Positions 7,243 to 14,948 of a stretch of DNA of 19,808 nt are shown piece after piece; position 1 is the first letter of the stretch, and each line of letters starts with the position of its first letter. A model generated the notes under the pieces. The model did not search any database. It saw nothing but the letters and a program-made list of their open reading frames with translations, and was not told where the DNA came from. This DNA comes from Promethearchaeota archaeon (GTDB lineage: Archaea; Asgardarchaeota; Lokiarchaeia; Sigyniarchaeales; SOKP01): positions 1 to 19,808 of the forward strand of contig JAEOTP010000013.1 in NCBI GenBank assembly GCA_016839765.1, given 5' to 3'. The position numbers were made by a program, and so were the translations under genes.

Positions 7243-8547
7243 TTGGAAGAGAAAAAATTAAATAAATTTATGGATCAAGCCATTAATGATGAGATCCTTG
7301 AGAAATTAAGCTTAAAAAACAGATATCAATTCCTCAATACTACTCTAATGACTGCATTAGAACCAGAGCAGCTGAACTTCCTTAAAAAAGCTGAAAAATT
7401 TTGTATACGTTATGAAAAAAAGAATGATATCACTCATAGTGGTGATGAGGATTTATATGAGTGGATTCCTGATTTTGGAAAAGAAGGGTTAATCTCAAGA
7501 GTTCATCCATTTGATGAGATTGATCTTAGTTATCCAGAAAATGGATTGGCTGTTGAATTATTAAGATGCCTTGCACTTAATTTTTTCGATCCTCAATTCT
7601 CTATGGGAGGGGGGGCCACTGTACTTGCTATAAATCCTGTGTATGAACATCACGAAAACATTCCAATTAGATTAGAAGTTTTAAAGAAATTTGTTACTGG
7701 TGAAACTCCTGGAGCAATCCTTATTACAGAGCCAGAGAGAGGTTCAGATGCGGTTCATATGTTGAGTCTCTGCGAAGAGCAGCCAGATGGGAGCTTTATT
7801 TTGAATGGTGAAAAAATCTACAATACAAATGCTCCTAAGGCAGGATATGTTGTCGCTTATGCCACTGCAGAGAAAAACAATGGGAATACTATGGCTCAGT
7901 TTCTTATTGATACGACATGGGATGGTTGGAATTGTGATCGTGTTTTCATCCCTTGGGTTCCCAGAGTGTGGTTAGGCCATGAACACTTCGTAAATTTAAG
8001 AGTACCGAAAGAATTCGTATTAGGTGGAATTGGTAAGGGTAGAGAACATTTATTCGAAGGCTTGGTGCCTGAAAGAATTGGTATCGCATTAGATTCCACT
8101 TCTCAATGTTGGAATGCTATTGCTCATGCTGCAATATATGTAAATAATAGGAAGCAGTTTGACCAAGAAATACTTAAATTTCAAGGGGTTGGATTTCTAT
8201 TAACTGACTTGTGGGCGAGATTAACCAATGTTACCTTAGGTTTATTGCGTTTCTGTGAGAAATATGATGAAAAAGTAGAAAAGTTTGGCGGTGAATTACC
8301 AAAAAACCTTTCTCAAGCTATGGTAGCTTCTGCATCAATGTTTAAATATCATTGTACTTCCCTATCCATGCAGATCTGTTATGAAGCAGCAAATCTTATG
8401 GGAGGTGCTGGTTTGTGCGACAATACCTTGATGCATGACTTACTAAATATATCTAGAATTCAAGAAATTGTAGGTGGCAGTAGACAGATACAACAATATA
8501 TAATGTCTATGGCCATGAGAACCCTGTATAAGATGACAGGGATTTAG
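7243..8547 (+). CDS. Acyl-CoA dehydrogenase (paralog 1)
   Basis: ITEPERGSD, LNGEKIYNTNA, RKQFDQEILKFQGV, MGGAG, IQEIVGGSRQIQ. TTG start preceded by GAGGAG. Confidence 0.93.
   Translation: MEEKKLNKFMDQAINDEILEKLSLKNRYQFLNTTLMTALEPEQLNFLKKAEKFCIRYEKKNDITHSGDEDLYEWIPDFGKEGLISRVHPFDEIDLSYPENGLAVELLRCLALNFFDPQFSMGGGATVLAINPVYEHHENIPIRLEVLKKFVTGETPGAILITEPERGSDAVHMLSLCEEQPDGSFILNGEKIYNTNAPKAGYVVAYATAEKNNGNTMAQFLIDTTWDGWNCDRVFIPWVPRVWLGHEHFVNLRVPKEFVLGGIGKGREHLFEGLVPERIGIALDSTSQCWNAIAHAAIYVNNRKQFDQEILKFQGVGFLLTDLWARLTNVTLGLLRFCEKYDEKVEKFGGELPKNLSQAMVASASMFKYHCTSLSMQICYEAANLMGGAGLCDNTLMHDLLNISRIQEIVGGSRQIQQYIMSMAMRTLYKMTGI
7618..7652. repeat. 35-bp perfect inverted repeat, left arm (partner 9754-9788)
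   Basis: ACTGTACTTGCTATAAATCCTGTGTATGAACATCA; the reverse complement is read at 9754-9788. Confidence 0.9.
8397..8426. repeat. 30-bp perfect inverted repeat, left arm (partner 8980-9009)
   Basis: TATGGGAGGTGCTGGTTTGTGCGACAATAC; the reverse complement is read at 8980-9009. Confidence 0.9.
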
Positions 8548-8648
8548 GATAAAGACATTTAATTCATTTTTTCTTTTTTTTAGACTTTGTATTCGAATAT
8601 ATTAATCTAAACATTAACCTAAATTTATTTATGAGCTCTCATAAGAGC

Positions 8649-8730
8649 TTTAATAGTCAATAATAGAAGGAGATGATACTATAGTCCTTGGAGTCTCTTC
8701 CAATGATTACTAAAAAATTATACTTTTTTT
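8649..8730 (+). ncRNA. Candidate small structured RNA (two-stem hairpin with tandem G-A/K-loop-like apex)
   Basis: Lower stem 8649-8659/8704-8714, upper stem 8666-8674/8693-8700, tandem GA pairs 8675-8676/8691-8692. TATA-like TTTATTTA at 8624-8631 and T7 at 8724-8730. No family recognised. Confidence 0.3.
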
Positions 8731-8858
8731 AACTTTTTTCTGATAAGTTGCCAAATTAATACTAATTCTGTTACAATTCCAATACTAAAAATCTCAATTA
8801 ATGCTTAGAATTAAAAAATTTAAAAAAAAATTGAGTTCTTTAAAGTTGTATACCCAAA

Positions 8859-10157
8859 TTAGCTTACTGACATTTTAAAAAGTGTACGCAATGATAAACT
8901 CATAATATATTGCTGAATTTGTCGAGAACCGCCAACAATCTCCTGAATTCTCGAAATATTCATATAATCATGCATAAGTGTATTGTCGCACAAACCAGCA
9001 CCTCCCATATTATTAGCACACTCATAACAGACCTTTTTAGACAATTTTGAGAGATTATATTTAAACTGGCTTGCTGATGCGACCATTGCCTGTGAGATAT
9101 TTCTTGGAATCTCTCCTCCAAATTTCTCGTATTTCTCGTCGAATGCTTCACAGAATTTCAGCAATCCAAGCGTCAGATTTGTTGTACGAGCCCATAGATC
9201 TGCAAGTAAAAATCCAACTCCCTGAAATTTAAGGATTTCTTGATTAAACTGTTTTCTAATATTTGCGTATATGATTGCATGTGCTAATGCTCCCCAGCAT
9301 TCACTTATACCCATAACTGCGATTGAAATTCTCTCTGGTACAAGTCCTTCAAAGAGATGTTCTCTTCCCTTTCCTACACCACCCAATATATATTCTTTTG
9401 GCACCCTTACATTAGTTAGAGTTTCTTTTCCTAGATACAATTTTGGAACCCAAGGTATATTTACCCGCTCTACGTGAAATCCATCCCAAGAGGTATTTAT
9501 TAAAAATTGAGCCATCTTGCTACCTACATTCTGCTCTGCCGTAGCATATCCTACAACCCATTTTGATCGGGGTGCATTAGTATTATAGATTTTAACTCCG
9601 TTAAGGAGAAAGCTACCATCTTCTTGCTCATCACAAGTTGTTAATTGATGTACGGCATCGGAGCCTCGTTCTGGTTCTGTGATAAGAATTGCCCCTGGAC
9701 TTTGCCCTGTAACTAATTCTTTTAAGGCTTCTAATCTGACAGGTACATTTTCATGATGTTCATACACAGGATTTATAGCAAGTACAGTAGCGCCTCCTCC
9801 CATAGCAAATTGAGGATCAAACATATCAATTGCTATATTTCTCATCAAATCGGCTGCTAAGCCCCACTCTTCATAGTGTACGTCACATATATCAAAAGTG
9901 TGTTGGCGAGAAATATATCCTTTTTCTCCAAACTCAGGTACCCAATCATAAATATCTTCATCAGGACCGTGTGTAATATTATTCTTTTTCTCAAATCTCA
10001 AGCAAAAACGTTGGACTTCACGTAAAAAGTTAAATTCTTTCGGACTTAAGATTGAAGTTAAGTTATTATTTAAGAAAGCATACCGATTTTTCAAGCTCAT
10101 TTTTTCTAAAATTTCATCATTAATGGCTTGAACTTCAAATTTTTTTCTTTCACTCAT
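8859..10157 (-). CDS. Acyl-CoA dehydrogenase (paralog 2, convergent with paralog 1)
   Basis: Same motif set (ITEPERGSD, LNGVKIYNTNA, RKQFNQEILKFQGV, MGGAG, IQEIVGGSRQIQ), collinear with paralog 1 over the full length. Confidence 0.93.
   Translation of the reverse strand: MSERKKFEVQAINDEILEKMSLKNRYAFLNNNLTSILSPKEFNFLREVQRFCLRFEKKNNITHGPDEDIYDWVPEFGEKGYISRQHTFDICDVHYEEWGLAADLMRNIAIDMFDPQFAMGGGATVLAINPVYEHHENVPVRLEALKELVTGQSPGAILITEPERGSDAVHQLTTCDEQEDGSFLLNGVKIYNTNAPRSKWVVGYATAEQNVGSKMAQFLINTSWDGFHVERVNIPWVPKLYLGKETLTNVRVPKEYILGGVGKGREHLFEGLVPERISIAVMGISECWGALAHAIIYANIRKQFNQEILKFQGVGFLLADLWARTTNLTLGLLKFCEAFDEKYEKFGGEIPRNISQAMVASASQFKYNLSKLSKKVCYECANNMGGAGLCDNTLMHDYMNISRIQEIVGGSRQIQQYIMSLSLRTLFKMSVS
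8980..9009. repeat. 30-bp perfect inverted repeat, right arm (partner 8397-8426)
   Basis: GTATTGTCGCACAAACCAGCACCTCCCATA. Confidence 0.9.
9754..9788. repeat. 35-bp perfect inverted repeat, right arm (partner 7618-7652)
   Basis: TGATGTTCATACACAGGATTTATAGCAAGTACAGT. Confidence 0.9.
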
Positions 10158-10279
10158 TTTTAATGCCTATTTTTTATTTTGATTTATTAGTAGAAAATAA
10201 GTATAAAGAGGAAAATACAATGTGATTTTTTAAGTTTTTTTTATATCGAGGAGGTTGGGTTTTTATTTCAGATAATTTT

Positions 10280-10729
10280 TTAACCAACACCATGTTTACC
10301 TGCATAATAAGCACCAAACAAGTGTAAAAAGTAAGTAATAGCAGTAATACCTCCATAAATAACTCCTAATGCCCAAGTTAATCCCCACATTAAAATTATG
10401 CTCACATAAAATAATATAAGAAACGGGATCAGGATGGATTTCTTGCGTGGGTTTCGAAATTCAATTTTCTTAACGTAATCCACAATTAAACTAAATAATA
10501 TGAATCCTACTAATAATAGAGGAAAAAACCAATACCACCATTCACGTTGAAGTATAAGGTTAATTATTGCGAAAATTAACGTCGGGATTCCAAGCGATAA
10601 GGAAAAAATCCCAATCTTTTTTGATACTCCTGGATTTTTTACACGCGATAGAAAAAGTGCAAATACCGATAGATTAAATATGTTAATAATAATAAATTCC
10701 ATTATATCCAATATAAAGTTAATTTCCAT
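10280..10729 (-). CDS. Hypothetical integral membrane protein (about 5 TM segments)
   Basis: Alternating hydrophobic stretches and a 'VDYVKKIEFRNPR' loop. The GTG at 10738 is more likely part of a GTGAT ribosome-binding site, so ATG 10729 is preferred. Confidence 0.75.
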   Translation of the reverse strand: MEINFILDIMEFIIINIFNLSVFALFLSRVKNPGVSKKIGIFSLSLGIPTLIFAIINLILQREWWYWFFPLLLVGFILFSLIVDYVKKIEFRNPRKKSILIPFLILFYVSIILMWGLTWALGVIYGGITAITYFLHLFGAYYAGKHGVG

Positions 10730-10844
10730 AATTATCACTTTTATATTAAACTTTTAAGTTTATTAATCTTCCTAGATTTATCAATTGAATTAATAATAGC
10801 CCTAAATATTAAGGAACATAAAAACTTATAAATTTGATTTAACA

Positions 10845-11744
10845 ATGAAGATTTTAATTACTGGAAGTGCAGGATTTATCGGATCAAATCTTAAAGATTT
10901 ATTGGAAAAAGTAGGCATTGAAACCATATCTTATGATATCAGAGATAATCCTAAAGATGACGTGAAAGACTTTGATCGTTTACGGTCAAAAATTAAAAAT
11001 ATAGGAGGCGTTATTCATTTAGCTGCAGTAAGTAGGGTAAAAGTGGCTCAAGAAAATCCTTTAGAATGTGTACAAACTAATATAGGAGGGACAGTTAACA
11101 TTCTTGATGCTGCAAGACAGGAGATAGCTAATGGTAAACATCCATGGATTATTTTTGGATCATCTAGAGAAGTCTACGGAGAACCAAAAATTTTGCCTGT
11201 TACAGAAGATTTTCCTCGAAATGCGATTAATATATATGGAATTTCAAAAGTCACAGGAGAAGATTTATGCAAGATGTATTCTGAGCATTATAAGTTAAAA
11301 ACAAGGGTCTTAAGATTTTCAAATGTATATACCGGTCTTAAAGATCAATTAGATAGAGTAATCCCGAAATTTATTCTTCAAGCATTAAAGGATGAGGATT
11401 TAGTTATTAATGGAACTGGCGAGGAACTATTTGATTTTACCTATATTAATGATACTATTCAAGGTATAGATGCGTGTGTTCAAGAAGTTTTAAAAAGTGA
11501 TATTTCATTCGAGCATTTTAATATTTCAAGTGGAATTCCAGTTACTTTAAGAGAATTAGCTGAATTAATTATAAAGAAGACAGAGAGTAATAGCCACATA
11601 AAATTTACTAAATCAAGATCGTACGATGTAAACAAATTTTATGCTGATCCAATTAAATCTAAAAAAAGCTTAGGAATTTTCCCGAAAATATTAATAGACG
11701 GAGGAATCGAATTAGCTATTAAAGAATTAAAGAAAATTAAATAA
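10845..11744 (+). CDS. NAD-dependent nucleotide-sugar epimerase/dehydratase (extended SDR)
   Basis: ITGSAGFIG, IHLAA, SSREVYG, YGISK (YxxxK), LRFSNVY, FDFTYIND. Confidence 0.92.
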   Translation: MKILITGSAGFIGSNLKDLLEKVGIETISYDIRDNPKDDVKDFDRLRSKIKNIGGVIHLAAVSRVKVAQENPLECVQTNIGGTVNILDAARQEIANGKHPWIIFGSSREVYGEPKILPVTEDFPRNAINIYGISKVTGEDLCKMYSEHYKLKTRVLRFSNVYTGLKDQLDRVIPKFILQALKDEDLVINGTGEELFDFTYINDTIQGIDACVQEVLKSDISFEHFNISSGIPVTLRELAELIIKKTESNSHIKFTKSRSYDVNKFYADPIKSKKSLGIFPKILIDGGIELAIKELKKIK

Positions 11745-11782
11745 AATAAAATAATATTAATTAAAATTTATTAGAAAAAAAT

Positions 11783-11992
11783 TTATTCCTCTTCTTCTCC
11801 TCCCATTAAATCTTCAATCTTAGCTTCTATCTCTTCAACTTTATCGTCAAGTTCAGCTATCTTTTTATAGGTTTCGCAGGTTTCACATCCATCATCTTGT
11901 TCACATTCAGGAAGCGTATCACAAATTTCTTCTAGTTGATCTCTTTCTTCTAATAATTTTTCAACTTGATCTTCAAGTTCTTCAATACTCAT
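11783..11992 (-). CDS. Small acidic coiled-coil protein with central C-x5-C-x5-C-x2-C motif
   Basis: Strong ribosome-binding site GAAGGTG 6 nt before ATG. Heptad-like helices flank CDTLPECEQDDGCETC. Confidence 0.8.
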   Translation of the reverse strand: MSIEELEDQVEKLLEERDQLEEICDTLPECEQDDGCETCETYKKIAELDDKVEEIEAKIEDLMGGEEEE

Positions 11993-12129
11993 GGTTTACA
12001 CCTTCAAAAGTAATTATATAAAATTTATCATAATTTAAGTTTTTTTCTGTTTTAAAAACTCATCTAATAATCTACTAATATTTTAAGTAGAGCTTTTGCT
12101 AAAAAAGGGAAAAGTTAAAAAAATAAAAA

Positions 12130-14175
12130 TTAGGATGGTAATTTTTCCATTTTAATTTGAATTTCCTTATTCAAAGAATCGATGTCTTTATCTAATTTTT
12201 TCAGTTCCTTTGATATTATTTCAAATCTATTTTCTTGGTCATTAAATTTTTTAATATATCGCTCTTTTAGTGAAATTGATTGAGAATCATCACCCAAAAC
12301 GGAAATATTTTCTCGAAGTCTTGCTTGTTCATCTGTCATTACATCTCTTTCTTCATATAATTTTTCTCTTTTATTTTTAAGATCATTTAATTTCTGGATT
12401 GATTCTGCTATTTCTTTGAGTTGATTTTCGAGTGCGGTGTCAATAAATTTCTTTCTTACATAAAATCCAACTCTTTTTATAAAATCATCTTTTGACCAAT
12501 TCCATAAATAATTACTAGAGTAATTTTCTCTCTGTTCTTTTAATGTAAAAGTAATCGCATCCATAGGTTTTAATGAAATTTTAAACCGCCAATAGTTAGT
12601 GGTTTCCTCGGGATCTAAGGGTTTTTCAATGAATTTATAATCATAGTTTTTCGGGTGATCAAGATATAATTCCTTTTCTTCATTGGTTTTGTTTTTTATT
12701 TTATAGATCGTAGTAAGATTACTATAGTAATGTTCATAGGAATATCCGCTTCCGAAAGTGACTTTGTGTACACTTTGATTTTCTGATTTCTGCTCGTGAG
12801 TGATTATTATGGCTTGTTCCACAGCATAATTTAAAAGTCTAATATCTCCTTTATTCAAGAAGGGAACCATTGCTTCTCCAGCAAGATTATCATCATAAAT
12901 TATTGTAGCGGGTCCTCTTTCTAAAGTTAATTCTGTATTATTTGTTATCTCAATACAGGCATTAGGATTTTTATCATGCTCATTTTTGTTGTATAGCAAT
13001 ATCTTTTTTGCTTTAATTGATTCTGTTAAAATAGGTACTAAAGCCGATTGTTTTCTCTTTATTGAAACTGGTTTTGCTATATTATACTCAAATAGTTCTC
13101 CTAAATCCTTAGTTTGAGTTTGTGTTTGAGATTTAATTTTATCCATAAGTGCACCGTCGGATAATGTACTACCTAGAGCTCCAAAACCACCACTTGGTGG
13201 TGCCATCGCTGGCGGTGCTCCGGGAGCGGCCATCTTTGCTTTTCTTTTCATAGCTCTTGATGGTGAAGCTGCTTCTGCCATAGTGAAATCCCTAAATTTC
13301 TCTTTTTCTAATCCTTCTTCAATCTCAGTTGGTTTTGCGCTTAATACTCTTGGTGGTCGAATTACAGGTCTTTGAATAAAAATTGGTCTATAAAATTCGT
13401 ACTTAAAAGAAACGGGCATTCCAGCAACCAAACTCAATTCAATATTTTCCCAATCTTGATTGGTAGTGTTTTCGATTAAGCTCCATCCAGATAATAAACA
13501 CTTATTCTCTAAGGCTTGTTGTTTACTCATGATTAAGCGATATGAGGTCTTCCAAATTGGACTTTCTCTAATATATGATACAAAAATGTTCCTTTCAATA
13601 TCTTCCTCTCCACCAGATTCACAATTGATCATGATTTTTTTAGAATCTTTCTTTTTTCCAGCAATAACAGTATCCAAAAAAAATTTCAAATCTTTCTTTA
13701 TATCTTCATTTAATATATCTAATGATTTTATTTCCTCGAAGCTTATTTTTGTTATAGACTCCTGATCTTCTAATAAAACAAGTTTTTTTTCAAGAATTTT
13801 TTCATTTTTAATGGCTTTTTCTACTGTTTCAACGCCCATTATCGTTCCTGAAATCTTTTTTCCACCACCAATAGTTAGATCAACATTGGCACCCTTGATT
13901 TGTGCAACAAGAGAGCTAAATGAATCAATATCAGGTATGTTTAACATTATTGATTTTAATAATTGAGAGGTTTCTAAAGCAGCATCATAGGATATTGAGC
14001 TTATATATCCCTTCTCACTCGTATCTAATACGAAAAGAGATTTTAATATGTCATCCATCTCATCTATTTTAAATTCAATCTCAAACGTATCAGTTCCTTT
14101 AACATTACCCTCAAGAATATAGTAAGAAACTCCATGTTTAAAAATAATGACTTTCTTTACTTTTAGTTTTGACAT
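12130..14175 (-). CDS. DUF4139-like protein with C-terminal coiled coil
   Basis: 'VIIFKHGVSYY', 'MDDILKSL', 'PIWKTSYRL', 'GWSLIENTTNQDWENIELSLVAGMP' and 'LGELFEYNIAKPVSIKRKQSALVPI' resemble DUF4139-family motifs. Start is ATG 14175 or 14196. Confidence 0.78.
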   Translation of the reverse strand: MSKLKVKKVIIFKHGVSYYILEGNVKGTDTFEIEFKIDEMDDILKSLFVLDTSEKGYISSISYDAALETSQLLKSIMLNIPDIDSFSSLVAQIKGANVDLTIGGGKKISGTIMGVETVEKAIKNEKILEKKLVLLEDQESITKISFEEIKSLDILNEDIKKDLKFFLDTVIAGKKKDSKKIMINCESGGEEDIERNIFVSYIRESPIWKTSYRLIMSKQQALENKCLLSGWSLIENTTNQDWENIELSLVAGMPVSFKYEFYRPIFIQRPVIRPPRVLSAKPTEIEEGLEKEKFRDFTMAEAASPSRAMKRKAKMAAPGAPPAMAPPSGGFGALGSTLSDGALMDKIKSQTQTQTKDLGELFEYNIAKPVSIKRKQSALVPILTESIKAKKILLYNKNEHDKNPNACIEITNNTELTLERGPATIIYDDNLAGEAMVPFLNKGDIRLLNYAVEQAIIITHEQKSENQSVHKVTFGSGYSYEHYYSNLTTIYKIKNKTNEEKELYLDHPKNYDYKFIEKPLDPEETTNYWRFKISLKPMDAITFTLKEQRENYSSNYLWNWSKDDFIKRVGFYVRKKFIDTALENQLKEIAESIQKLNDLKNKREKLYEERDVMTDEQARLRENISVLGDDSQSISLKERYIKKFNDQENRFEIISKELKKLDKDIDSLNKEIQIKMEKLPS

Positions 14176-14289
14176 AGGATTATTATAAGCAACCATGAAT
14201 TTAAATATTAATTTGCTAGAATTAAATTCGGAATTAGAAGTTAAAATATTTAATAAAATTAATAAAAAGTTGGAAGAATTAGAGTACTA

Positions 14290-14796
14290 TTATAGACTCC
14301 TTAGAATTATTTCAAGCAAATCTTCTTCTAAAGTAGACTCATATTTTGGATTTTCTACAATAGCTCCAAGATAATCTCCATTCTTATTGAAAAAATAAAA
14401 GGTCGGAATTTTTTTTAAATCAAATTTAGGATCCACTACTTCTGGTGGTGATCGTGTTTTATGCCAAATAGTTTCCCCAGGTTTGTGAAATGCATTTGTC
14501 ATAATTCCATATAAAATTTTAAAATCCAAATTGTTTTTATTCATATACTTAAAAATCTTGATCATGGGAGGAATATTTTTTGAGCAATCAGGGCACCAAT
14601 CTGCTCCAAAAGCTAATATCTTTAAATTTTCATTTTTGCTATTTAGGAGTTTTTCTATTCTTTTAATGACATCAATTTTTAGCTTATAGCTTTTGTAGTT
14701 GTAGGCAATCTTATCATTATAAATCTTTAGATACTCATCTGGAGTCATGGTTGGAGAAACAAGTTCACTCCATTTTACTATATTTTTTGATGCCAT
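14290..14796 (-). CDS. Thioredoxin-family protein (WCPDC)
   Basis: 'ILAFGADWCPDCSKNIP...KIPTFYFFNKNGDYLGAIVENP'. The 19 N-terminal residues in the ORF track look like intergenic sequence, so ATG 14796 is preferred. Confidence 0.85.
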   Translation of the reverse strand: MASKNIVKWSELVSPTMTPDEYLKIYNDKIAYNYKSYKLKIDVIKRIEKLLNSKNENLKILAFGADWCPDCSKNIPPMIKIFKYMNKNNLDFKILYGIMTNAFHKPGETIWHKTRSPPEVVDPKFDLKKIPTFYFFNKNGDYLGAIVENPKYESTLEEDLLEIILRSL

Positions 14797-14948
14797 AATA
14801 CAAAGATAAATAACCATAATTAAAAAAAATTCTTGTAGTGAGTCATAAATCACTTGAATTTATAGAAGTTAATCAAAACTATAATAAATAAAAATTGAAT
14901 TATAACATTACAATCGAAAAATTCTTTTATTACTAAAGGTGGGAAATT

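Noticed and set aside
8666-8700. Eukaryote-like SECIS element (AUGA...GA core), known from Lokiarchaeia
   Set aside because: Only ~14 nt separate the GA pairs, too short for SECIS helix II plus apical loop. The flanking genes end in TAG and TAA and have no in-frame TGA.
8666-8713. SD-like GAAGGAG followed by a mini-ORF, or a C/D-box RNA or fluoride riboswitch
   Set aside because: The ATG frame stops after three codons. There is no properly placed CTGA D box, and the conserved fluoride riboswitch elements are missing.
7896-9477. ORFs 7896-8099 (-), 8960-9151 (-) and 9271-9477 (+); the first and third resemble each other
   Set aside because: All lie inside the ACAD genes. The resemblance simply mirrors the paralogy of the sense-strand genes.
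10174-10356. 60-aa minus-strand ORF
   Set aside because: Overlaps the membrane-protein gene in another frame and runs through the ACAD2 promoter region; no supporting features.
13460-13765. 101-aa plus-strand ORF
   Set aside because: Antisense shadow of the DUF4139-like gene.
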